Virus record (IMG/VR): IMGVR_UViG_3300049173_000142
Location: 1 to 53,508 of that record
DNA length: 53,508 nucleotides
Strand: one strand, 5' to 3'
Source of the DNA: a virus
Taxonomy: Duplodnaviria > Caudoviricetes
This document shows, piece by piece, positions 28,182 to 35,832 of the stretch. A program made the translations under genes and the position numbers. Position 1 is the stretch's first letter, and each line of letters starts with the position of its first letter. The notes below the pieces were generated by a model. It did not search any database, was not told where the DNA came from, and worked only from the letters and a program-made list of their open reading frames with translations.

Positions 28182-29326
28182 TGGCGACGCTTACGCTAGC
28201 GCTCAAGCTCGAATATTTCGAAGCGATCCGCGACGGTACCAAGTTGGAAGAGTACCGGCTGGTAACGCCATATTGGCGGAAGCGACTCGAAGGCAAGAAC
28301 TACGACAGCATCGTATTGACGCACGGGTATCCGCGCACCAACGAAGCCGACCGGCGGATTGAACGGCCGTGGAACGGCTTCCGCATCAAGACGATTACGC
28401 ATCCGCATTTCGGCGAAGAGCCGGTTGAAGTCTTCGCTATCGACGTCCGGCCGCGCCCAGGCAACCCGTACTTCATCCAAGGCCCGGCCGCGATATCCTT
28501 TTCCGGCGGCCGGACGTCGGCCTATATGCTCTATCAGATATTGCAGGCGCACGGCGGCAAGTTGCCCGACGACGTGATTGTTACCTTTGCCAACACCGGC
28601 AAAGAACGCGAAGAAACCTTGCGGTTCGTCCACGAATGCGGATCCCGGTGGAACGTCAAAATCCATTGGCTGGAATGGCGAAAGGGTAAGCCCGGCTTCG
28701 AAGAAGTCGGATACAATAGCGCGGCCCGGAACGGCGAACCCTTCGCCGCATTGATCGCAGATAAACAGCGGCTTCCCAATTCGTTCGAACGATGGTGTAC
28801 GGAATTCCTCAAGGTCAAGCCGATGATAGCCTTTGCGGCGGCGCTAGGCTGGACCGGCGGTGCTTATGCCGAGGTCATCGGCCTTCGCCACGATGAAGGC
28901 CGCCGGATATTCAAGGGACTAGCGAACGCAGAAAAGTTCGGCCGCCGGTGCATCTATCCGCTGTCAAAGGCAAAGGCCATTAAGGCCGACGTCATGGCGT
29001 TTTGGCTTGGCAAGAATGTTGATCCGAAAAACCTTGAGCATCCGTTGCCGCAAGGCTTCGACCTTGGACTCGAACCATGGGAAGGCAATTGCGACTTGTG
29101 CTTTCTCAAGGGCAAAGGGATCCGCAAGCGCATCATTCGCGAAAAGCCGTCCCGTGCGACATGGTGGAATTATTGGGAGAAAGCGCGCGATGGATGGTTC
29201 GACAAGCGCGACACTGTCGCCGAATTGATCGCACAAGTCGAAAGGACGCCGACGCTGTTTGATGAGTTTGACGCGGAAGAATACGACACCGAATGCGGTG
29301 ACGGCTGTATGGAGGCGGCGGAATGA
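28181..29326 (+). CDS. ASCH domain fused to a PAPS-reductase-family (PP-loop, Cys-rich) domain
   Basis: N-terminal YFEAIRDGTKLEEYR..YW.KRL (ASCH GxKxxExR); then ISFSGGRTSAYM, FANTGKE, RWCT..LK, IGLR.DE, GNCDLCFLK. Confidence 0.8.
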   Translation: MATLTLALKLEYFEAIRDGTKLEEYRLVTPYWRKRLEGKNYDSIVLTHGYPRTNEADRRIERPWNGFRIKTITHPHFGEEPVEVFAIDVRPRPGNPYFIQGPAAISFSGGRTSAYMLYQILQAHGGKLPDDVIVTFANTGKEREETLRFVHECGSRWNVKIHWLEWRKGKPGFEEVGYNSAARNGEPFAALIADKQRLPNSFERWCTEFLKVKPMIAFAAALGWTGGAYAEVIGLRHDEGRRIFKGLANAEKFGRRCIYPLSKAKAIKADVMAFWLGKNVDPKNLEHPLPQGFDLGLEPWEGNCDLCFLKGKGIRKRIIREKPSRATWWNYWEKARDGWFDKRDTVAELIAQVERTPTLFDEFDAEEYDTECGDGCMEAAE

Positions 29327-29332
29327 AGAAGG

Positions 29333-30133
29333 TTACTTCGCCTTCTTATCATATTCGATGATCAACTTTTTTTGCTCTTCTGTTATGTCGCATCCGGCCG
29401 GGAGAGCCGTGTAGTCCCCAAGGTAAAATAGGTCATCGCCTTTTAACATGAACACAATAACATCATGCGACGGCCGCCACATTTGGCAATCATCGTTTGA
29501 TCCTATGATGACCGGTTCACCAAGAGTCCTGACAAGCGAAGTCGATAACCAATCGTCCGGTAGTCTCGGCATACGTTTAGAGATCCGGCGGAGCGCATTG
29601 GTTGAGTATGCAATGCCGTTGATAACTCCGTCTGGCCTACGGTGATAGGTGACGCGCAAAAAAAGGCCATCGTCAAGAATAACGCTCGTGAAAGCTTTTT
29701 CCACTTTCAGCTTTTCAGTGCCGTACACCTGGGCGATTTTGTCGGTATTGTCTCCCAACCTCACGCGGTCAATGCCAACGGGATAGGGGTTGTTCGTGCT
29801 AAACGTGTTCACAAGGCTAGATGCAAATAGCTGCTTCTCCAGTTCCGACTTTTGCGCCAGCGATTCTCGGCGGAGATCGTCCGATACTTGACGCTCATTG
29901 TCTGCCATCATTTTCTGAGCCAAGGCATCCGTAACCGCTGCCTCTTTATTTTTTGTCGCGGTATCACGCTCAGTTGTAAGTTTGTCCTTTTGCTCTTGAA
30001 GCAGTTCGATCTGATGGTCCTTTGCCGCCATCATCGTTGGCAGTACCCAAGTGAATCCGGCGGTCGTCAAGACAGTGAATGCCCCGACAGCGCCTATTAC
30101 AATATCCCGGATTGTGTGACTATCTTCCGCCAT
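29333..30133 (-). CDS. Moron-like membrane-anchored protein
   Basis: Single N-terminal TM (IVIGAVGAFTVLTTAGFTWVL), coiled coil, globular C-terminus with two Cys; lower GC than flanks. Confidence 0.65.
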   Translation of the reverse strand: MAEDSHTIRDIVIGAVGAFTVLTTAGFTWVLPTMMAAKDHQIELLQEQKDKLTTERDTATKNKEAAVTDALAQKMMADNERQVSDDLRRESLAQKSELEKQLFASSLVNTFSTNNPYPVGIDRVRLGDNTDKIAQVYGTEKLKVEKAFTSVILDDGLFLRVTYHRRPDGVINGIAYSTNALRRISKRMPRLPDDWLSTSLVRTLGEPVIIGSNDDCQMWRPSHDVIVFMLKGDDLFYLGDYTALPAGCDITEEQKKLIIEYDKKAK

Positions 30134-30310
30134 TTGGTCGCCGCCGTTGTTAACCGAAACATCGATACGAGCATCCGCAATGTTTAACAATATGAAAGCT
30201 ACGGTTCATGCACAGGCCACAACCTACAGCGAACCTTACACTTCTTGATATTTAGCATCCGGAAATATGCGCCACGCATACAATGCATAACAATTATTTA
30301 TGATTGTCAC

Positions 30311-30367
30311 TAGCGAAGGCTTGCGCGGCCACGCTCCCCGCATGGGTGCACCGTCGCCGGAGTACCT
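30311..30367 (-). other. Putative lambda-like cos site
   Basis: Minus strand AGGTACT-CCGGCGA..ATGCG GGGAGCGTGGC CGCG..TTCGCTA parallels lambda GGGTCCT-TTCCGGTGA..TTACG GGGCGGCGACCT CGCG..TTCGCTA. Confidence 0.65.
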
Positions 30368-30479
30368 TGAAAATTCCACAAGCCTTTGATTTCATTGATG
30401 AATTAGGCTTGTGCGTTGTGCGTGGTAATCAATGGCAAGGTCTGCCAATATCGCAGAACACATCAGAAATATTGATGGA

Positions 30480-31052
30480 TCAACGCTTCGTCCTTGAGTA
30501 ACGATCAAGCTGGCGCATCAAGTTAGCCATTAGCCTATCCTTACCATGGGATACCAGCACGCTTGATATCGTGTCTTCCGCCATGGCTTCGGCAATTGCT
30601 GCACCTTTGCTTCGCTCTATCGGTAGCCGCTTCGAACCGATACGATGGAAGACATGTCCACCCATCTTCAATTCTACACGGTCCGGGAACCCACCGCCTT
30701 TGATGAAGGCACCGGGATGCAGTAGCTTAGCGCCCCATATCGTCGCTACAACGCCGTCGTCGCTTTCATGAGCATTGAATGCACTCAACGGTATCGGGCT
30801 TCCCGAACCGCGTACAGTAGCCGTTAAAGTCTTCGGTGTTGAGTAGGGTCTAATCCATATGCCTATCTTGGCACGCTTCGACGGGATCGATAGCCGTTTC
30901 GCTATCACCTGTTCGGATTTGCTTTCCAGCTGCCTCGCGCTGTCATTAACTGCGACCGATAAGGCTTGGTTCAGACGCGGCGCTTGAAGTCGCCGCATCA
31001 ATGCTTTTACTTCTGCGGTCTGCCATTTCGCAGTGATGACAAGACCGGGCAT
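30480..31052 (-). CDS. Minor tail protein Z-like (lambda gpZ family)
   Basis: ALSVAVND.AR..IPLSAF..GVVATIWG..GAFI..GHVFHRIG..RLPIE. Confidence 0.7.
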   Translation of the reverse strand: MPGLVITAKWQTAEVKALMRRLQAPRLNQALSVAVNDSARQLESKSEQVIAKRLSIPSKRAKIGIWIRPYSTPKTLTATVRGSGSPIPLSAFNAHESDDGVVATIWGAKLLHPGAFIKGGGFPDRVELKMGGHVFHRIGSKRLPIERSKGAAIAEAMAEDTISSVLVSHGKDRLMANLMRQLDRYSRTKR

Positions 31053-31054
31053 AA

Positions 31055-31372
31055 CTATTCAGCCGGAGTTGTTGCCGCCTTGATAGCCTCGATGATGACG
31101 GCTTTCGTTGCGTCCGCATCAATCGCAATGGCATGCACTTCGGCATACTTCACAAGGTCCGCTTTGCTCAACTTCGAAATGTCGTCGGCTTCCGCTTCAC
31201 CAGCCTGGGCGACTTCTTCAACGTAGAGCCCGGCGGCACCGGCACGTTTCAGTCGACCGAAGACGCCTTCCGAAACCTCTACAAATGGCTTGTCTTCGGT
31301 GCTTGGTCGGAACTGTTCGGTTTCCCCTGCATCGTTGGCAACAACCATGCTTCTTGTGATAACGGCCTTCAT
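31055..31372 (-). CDS. Small protein with C-terminal Rho-N/HeH-like helical motif
   Basis: ISKLSKADLVKYAEVHAIAIDADATKAVIIEAI; GGGAG RBS before ATG 31372. Confidence 0.6.
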   Translation of the reverse strand: MKAVITRSMVVANDAGETEQFRPSTEDKPFVEVSEGVFGRLKRAGAAGLYVEEVAQAGEAEADDISKLSKADLVKYAEVHAIAIDADATKAVIIEAIKAATTPAE

Positions 31373-31435
31373 GACTGGACTCCCGTGTGTTTTCAAATCG
31401 GCCCTAATGGTCCGATATCGTTTGCATTCCGTCAA

Positions 31436-31705
31436 TCTGTATTTCTGTATTTTTCCAATTTCGCGGCATACATCGAAAAATACACCTTAACCCATTGTTC
31501 TATATATATAAATATTTTTGTATGAAATTATATATATATAGATAGCTCTCACACTACGCGTCTGCATGCCTGCATGTCGTGCCTATATGTGTATATCTCT
31601 ATCTTTTGCCGAAATTTCCATACATCCATATCTATCGTTAGATATCAACGACTTCGGTGTATGGAACGGTGTATGGAAGGCTGTATTTTTCCTGATGTAT
31701 GGAAA
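31436..31705. other. AT-rich repeat region, candidate replication origin
   Basis: (TA)n tracts 31501-31540; tandem CGGTGTATGGAA at 31655-31678; inverted TTTCCATACATC/GATGTATGGAAA (31615-31626/31694-31705); IHF-like TATCAACGACTT. Confidence 0.5.
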
Positions 31706-31733
31706 AATCGGAGAAAAAGCGACGCGACTAAGT

Positions 31734-31770
31734 GTTTGCATCTTGTCAACAGAGTATGCATGGTGCATAT
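31734..31770 (+). promoter_or_regulatory. Promoter of the small-gene operon, overlapped by both operator types
   Basis: TTGTCA-N17-CATATA; 17-bp GTTTGCATCTTGTCAAC 31734-31750; 15-bp TATGCATGGTGCATA 31755-31769. Confidence 0.7.
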
Positions 31771-31805
31771 AGGCAGGAGAAACCCGCATTTCAGGAGACC
31801 CGCAC

Positions 31806-32045
31806 ATGAAAGCCCGCATCATCCAAACCGTAGACGGCGAATACATCGCAACCACCGTTGACGCCGACAATCTTATTGCTGCGATGGAAGTTCGCGGCTT
31901 CGCCTTCCTCCGCCTCAACGACAACGATCGCCAGCGCGTCGAATTGCGTGGTCAGCCCAAATTCAAGGGTATCAACGGTCCGATGTGGGACGGCGACGCC
32001 ATCCGGTACGAATGCCCGGAAACATATTCCTCTCTTAGCGCCTAG
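31806..32045 (+). CDS. Hypothetical protein
   Basis: AGGAG RBS; first gene after the promoter; 79 aa. Confidence 0.75.
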   Translation: MKARIIQTVDGEYIATTVDADNLIAAMEVRGFAFLRLNDNDRQRVELRGQPKFKGINGPMWDGDAIRYECPETYSSLSA

Positions 32046-32099
32046 CGCTCAACGGCCCGGCGCGAATGCCGGGCACAACCATTTCTAGGAAGCCCGCAT

Positions 32100-32786
32100 A
32101 TGAGTATCCATCCCGAAGACCGCCGCCGCGAACGTGAAAGAAACGACCGCACGCCGTCGCAACATCGCATCCAAGAATTGCTCGAGGCGAACAATCGCTA
32201 TCTTGAGCGTGCCCGCGTCGCCGAAGCCAAACTGGCGACCTTAGAAGCGGACAAGACGACATTAAGCTACACCTTGCCATTGATGCCCTCGCCTTCTTGG
32301 CCGCCCTACATACAGCGTTTCGGTCGCGGCCTTCGTGGCAACGCTGAAACCGTCGTCGCCGAACAGCGTATAGTATTCAACGATATCCGGTCCAAGTTTG
32401 CGGCCGCCGGGATCCGCGACGATGGCGTGCATATCTTAGGTCTGGTTGATAAGGCCGTTGCCATGGTCGAAGCTTTGAGCGCCCAACGCGACAAAGACAC
32501 CCCGGCGCTTATGAACGCCGAACGTGACGCCATCCGCGCGAACGGCGACTTGCAGGAAATCAGGTCGATGCTTAACGCCTGCTTTTTCCACGACGCCGAT
32601 ACGCCGACGGGCGAACTGGTAGCGGACGCCTTGAAGGAACTCACCAAAACGCGAGCCGAATTGAAAGAAGCTATCAGCGCGCGCGACAGCAATTTCCAGC
32701 GCATCAGCTTCCTTGAAGACCGGTTGACAGCCGTCGGCAAGGCTATCGATGCGGAAATGAACAAGGCCGATATCATCCCGTTTTGA
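32100..32786 (+). CDS. Hypothetical coiled-coil protein
   Basis: AGGA RBS; ELLEANNRYLERAR.AE motif; ends DIIPF. Confidence 0.7.
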   Translation: MSIHPEDRRRERERNDRTPSQHRIQELLEANNRYLERARVAEAKLATLEADKTTLSYTLPLMPSPSWPPYIQRFGRGLRGNAETVVAEQRIVFNDIRSKFAAAGIRDDGVHILGLVDKAVAMVEALSAQRDKDTPALMNAERDAIRANGDLQEIRSMLNACFFHDADTPTGELVADALKELTKTRAELKEAISARDSNFQRISFLEDRLTAVGKAIDAEMNKADIIPF

Positions 32787-32835
32787 GCCGGCTAGCGCCC
32801 AGGCTGTCAATTTCCCTCACTCGAAAGGCGTCGCC

Positions 32836-33039
32836 ATGCCTCGCATAACGAAGAGCGTACCCGATGTGTTTTGGTTGAACGTGTTCCCGCGCCACCGGTC
32901 CGGCAAGCCCATCGTCGGGAAGACGCCACACGCGACCCGTGAAAAGGCCGAAGAGACTAGCAACATGCTTGCCAGCGTCGGCTCGCCGATCAAGACCGGC
33001 TACCGCATCAAAGTCACCATGAAGGAAAATCAACAATGA
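32836..33039 (+). CDS. Hypothetical protein
   Basis: AAGG RBS; ATGA-coupled to the next gene. Confidence 0.6.
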   Translation: MPRITKSVPDVFWLNVFPRHRSGKPIVGKTPHATREKAEETSNMLASVGSPIKTGYRIKVTMKENQQ

Positions 33040-33365
33040 ATATCGCCGACCTAGCGCCTGATGAAACAATGGAACAGCGTTTCAAGCACGGCGTAATCGG
33101 AAAGTTTTATTCCGAAAAATCTATCCTCTGCGCCCAGGATGCAGGATTAACCGATTTCGCCCAGTTCTACGGCAAGGAACACGCTAAGAATGCGTTCGCC
33201 GCGATCCGCGCCATAAAGCACTTAGACAGATTGAGCGCGGCCGAAACCGCGATGCGTGAATTGATCGAAGAATGGCGGCGGCGCGTTACGGCCATCGGTC
33301 GCGACACCGGAACGTATCGCCAGTGCGCCGATGAACTTGCCGCCCTTCTGGATCCCGCGAAATGA
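33036..33365 (+). CDS. Hypothetical protein
   Basis: AAGGA RBS; ATGA overlaps at both ends. Confidence 0.65.
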   Translation: MNIADLAPDETMEQRFKHGVIGKFYSEKSILCAQDAGLTDFAQFYGKEHAKNAFAAIRAIKHLDRLSAAETAMRELIEEWRRRVTAIGRDTGTYRQCADELAALLDPAK

Positions 33366-33553
33366 GCATCGAATGGGTTCGGAAAAACTACAACGTGCCC
33401 GCAAAGGTCGGCGGCCGGGTCATATACACCGGTTCCGGCAAGAGCGAATACGGCACGATAACCGGCACATCGAGCGGCCGACTCCGCATCAGGCTTGACG
33501 GTGCCAAGCATTCCACGCCGTTTCATCCCACATGGAAAATCTCTTACCTATAG
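33362..33553 (+). CDS. Small SH3/KOW-like beta protein
   Basis: WVRKNYNVPAKVGGRV.Y..GTITG..LRIRLDG..FHPTW pattern typical of small phage proteins. Confidence 0.65.
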   Translation: MSIEWVRKNYNVPAKVGGRVIYTGSGKSEYGTITGTSSGRLRIRLDGAKHSTPFHPTWKISYL

Positions 33554-33566
33554 GACGGTGCCCGCA

Positions 33567-33767
33567 ATGACGAACGAGAAGATCAAACGCGACCCGCCTG
33601 TGAAAATATGCGACGCTTGTTTTCGCATTGACTACGTCGCCGTGAAGATATGCAAGGATTGCGGGAATCCCTTTCCGAAACGGATCGTAGCGCCGAAATG
33701 GCGAACAATCAGTGAGAACGAAGGCGCGATACAAGTGGAAGGCCGAAACCAAAATAATACTCGTTGA
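33567..33767 (+). CDS. Small double-CxxC zinc-finger protein
   Basis: KICDAC...KICKDCGNPFP; AGGA RBS. Confidence 0.6.
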   Translation: MTNEKIKRDPPVKICDACFRIDYVAVKICKDCGNPFPKRIVAPKWRTISENEGAIQVEGRNQNNTR

Positions 33768-33891
33768 CAAGCACTTAGCTTAACTGCGAAGAGATCGCCA
33801 CCTACCGCATAACACCTTCAAAATTCACAACAGTAGAAACATCACCGGGGCACGCACGGGGTCTATATCGCGTGCCTTGCAGGGGGAATCC

Positions 33892-34683
33892 GTGATAAAT
33901 CGAGTGCTCAACAAGTTCCGCACTTGGAATGCGGCGCAACGCGCCATGGCGATACCTTTCCCGACGAAAAGCGACTTAGCTTCACGATCCATTGTTGACG
34001 GTTCCGCCCACGGTCAAATCGTGGCCTTTTATACGACCGATTCTATATATGAGAACGAGGCCAGGCGCATGGTCGCCTCGGCGAAACGCCTTGGATTGCT
34101 AGTGTCGCCGACGCCGATTAGCAGCGCCGGGAGTTGGGTAAAAAATGCGTCAAGGAAAGCCGAATTCCTGCTATCGGAGCGCAAAGCGAAGCGCGGTCCA
34201 CTGCTATATGTGGACGTTGACGCCGTCTTTCACCGGGATCCATGGCCCGCCCTCGCCGACTATGATTGCGACGTCGCCGTTCATTATTCCGCCGATAGCC
34301 GCCTGATATCGGCAACGATTCTAATCAATGACACACCGGCCGCTCATGACTTGATAGCGATCTGGCGGGAACGTTCTAACGCAAATCAAGAGATTTGGGA
34401 TCAAGTCGTATTGCAAGAAATCATTGCCGAAGACATGCAATCCACCGCCCCAAAGTTTCGCGTCAAAAAGTTGCCAGTGTCGTTTTGCTGGATATTCGAC
34501 CGGCTCAACAATGAACGTGTCGAAACCGTTTACATCGAGCAGCTACAGGCGAGCCGTGAAGCCACGAAGGAACCGCGCCTGTTCGGCCGCGTAAGCAAGC
34601 GCGTTGCTCGTCGCCGTGAGCGAACCAAAGACATAGAATTGATACTCAATGCCGACCTTCCGCTAGCCGTTGACGCCGCCTAA
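33892..34683 (+). CDS. Putative GT-A nucleotide-diphospho-sugar transferase (moron)
   Basis: VAFYT, W..N..RKAEF, LLYVDVDAVF (DxD), SATILIN, WDQ.VL; GGGGG RBS before GTG 33892. Confidence 0.7.
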   Translation: MINRVLNKFRTWNAAQRAMAIPFPTKSDLASRSIVDGSAHGQIVAFYTTDSIYENEARRMVASAKRLGLLVSPTPISSAGSWVKNASRKAEFLLSERKAKRGPLLYVDVDAVFHRDPWPALADYDCDVAVHYSADSRLISATILINDTPAAHDLIAIWRERSNANQEIWDQVVLQEIIAEDMQSTAPKFRVKKLPVSFCWIFDRLNNERVETVYIEQLQASREATKEPRLFGRVSKRVARRRERTKDIELILNADLPLAVDAA

Positions 34684-34732
34684 TTACAATGGTCGCCATG
34701 ACTTTTTAACAAATCTTTGGCTGAATGACCGG

Positions 34733-35788
34733 ATGGCAAAACGCACCGGACAAAAAACGCGTACTATTGGGCTCCTGTCTGATCTTGACGCGCCTTTAAA
34801 AGGCCAGCCACGCAACCCACGCGACCCGCGTCAGCCTCAACTCAATTTTGATCCGATGCCTGCTCGCATCGAACCCGCCCTCGCTTTGCTGGTGAAGAAG
34901 CCACCAAAGGGCGACAATTGGGCGTACGAAGTTAAATGGGACGGTTATCGTCTTGCGGTACATGTGGAAGCAAAGCGGGTTCGTATTATAACCCGTGGCG
35001 GCCACGACTGGACTTCCTATTTTCCGGCCATTGCCGCAGCGGCGAAGGATCTCGGCCCTGCTACCATAATCTTGGACGGCGAAGCGGTTGTGCTTGACGA
35101 GAAGGGCGTTCCAAACTTTGGATTATTGCAACAGGCACTCGGCGGTAGGAAGGCAACCAGAGCCGCACGTGAAGCGGTCCTTTATGCTTTTGATCTGCTC
35201 TATTTCGACGGGCATGATTTGACCGGCTTAGAGCTGTCATCCCGGCGACATTTATTGGACGCCCTGCTTGAGAATGCCACCGGCGCGATAAGGCTATCGG
35301 AAGAGTTCGAAGCGGATGGGGAATTGCTGTTGCGAAATGCCTGTATGCATGGCCTAGAAGGTATAATCGCGAAGGATAAAAATAGTTATTATCGATCTGG
35401 TAGGTCTGGCGACTGGTTGAAAATCAAATGCAGCAACAGCGAGAGTTTTGCGGTTATTGGCTACGAACCGTCAATCAAGGTGCGCGGATCAATCGCCAGC
35501 TTGTTGCTCGCCGCCCGGAAGGACAATGAGCTAGTCTATGTTGGCCATGTTGGAACAGGATTTTCCGCAAAATTAGCGCGGGACTTAAAGCTTCAGCTTG
35601 ACACAATGCGTGTAAATGCACCGGCCGCTGACGGTATCAAGGGAAAGAAGTACGTCTTTGTCGCGCCCCGGCTCGTTGCTGAAGTAAACTACGGTGCCTG
35701 GACGCATGACGGAAAATTGCGCCACGCTTCGTTCAAAGGATTACGCGAAGACGCCGACCATGCTGACGTATTTGAATTGTCAAAGTAG
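34733..35788 (+). CDS. ligD: ATP-dependent DNA ligase (LigD ligase domain only)
   Basis: YEVKWDGYR, LDGEAV, YAFDLLY, LEGIIAK..S.YRSGR..DWLKIK, GKLRHASFKGLRED. Confidence 0.92.
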   Translation: MAKRTGQKTRTIGLLSDLDAPLKGQPRNPRDPRQPQLNFDPMPARIEPALALLVKKPPKGDNWAYEVKWDGYRLAVHVEAKRVRIITRGGHDWTSYFPAIAAAAKDLGPATIILDGEAVVLDEKGVPNFGLLQQALGGRKATRAAREAVLYAFDLLYFDGHDLTGLELSSRRHLLDALLENATGAIRLSEEFEADGELLLRNACMHGLEGIIAKDKNSYYRSGRSGDWLKIKCSNSESFAVIGYEPSIKVRGSIASLLLAARKDNELVYVGHVGTGFSAKLARDLKLQLDTMRVNAPAADGIKGKKYVFVAPRLVAEVNYGAWTHDGKLRHASFKGLREDADHADVFELSK

Positions 35789-35832
35789 AACGAAACGACT
35801 GATGCCCCGTAGACTCAAAATTACGTTTGTCT

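Noticed and set aside
31566-31924. ORFs across the AT-rich repeat region (31566-31772, 31574-31861, 31583-31924)
   Set aside because: Atypical composition, and they overlap a promoter, operators and repeats; region treated as non-coding
26639-33566. Recurrent AGG(A)CGGTGC at gene junctions (26639, 27297, 27441, 33553)
   Set aside because: Explained as SD sequences embedded in translationally coupled stop/start overlaps, common in phage early operons
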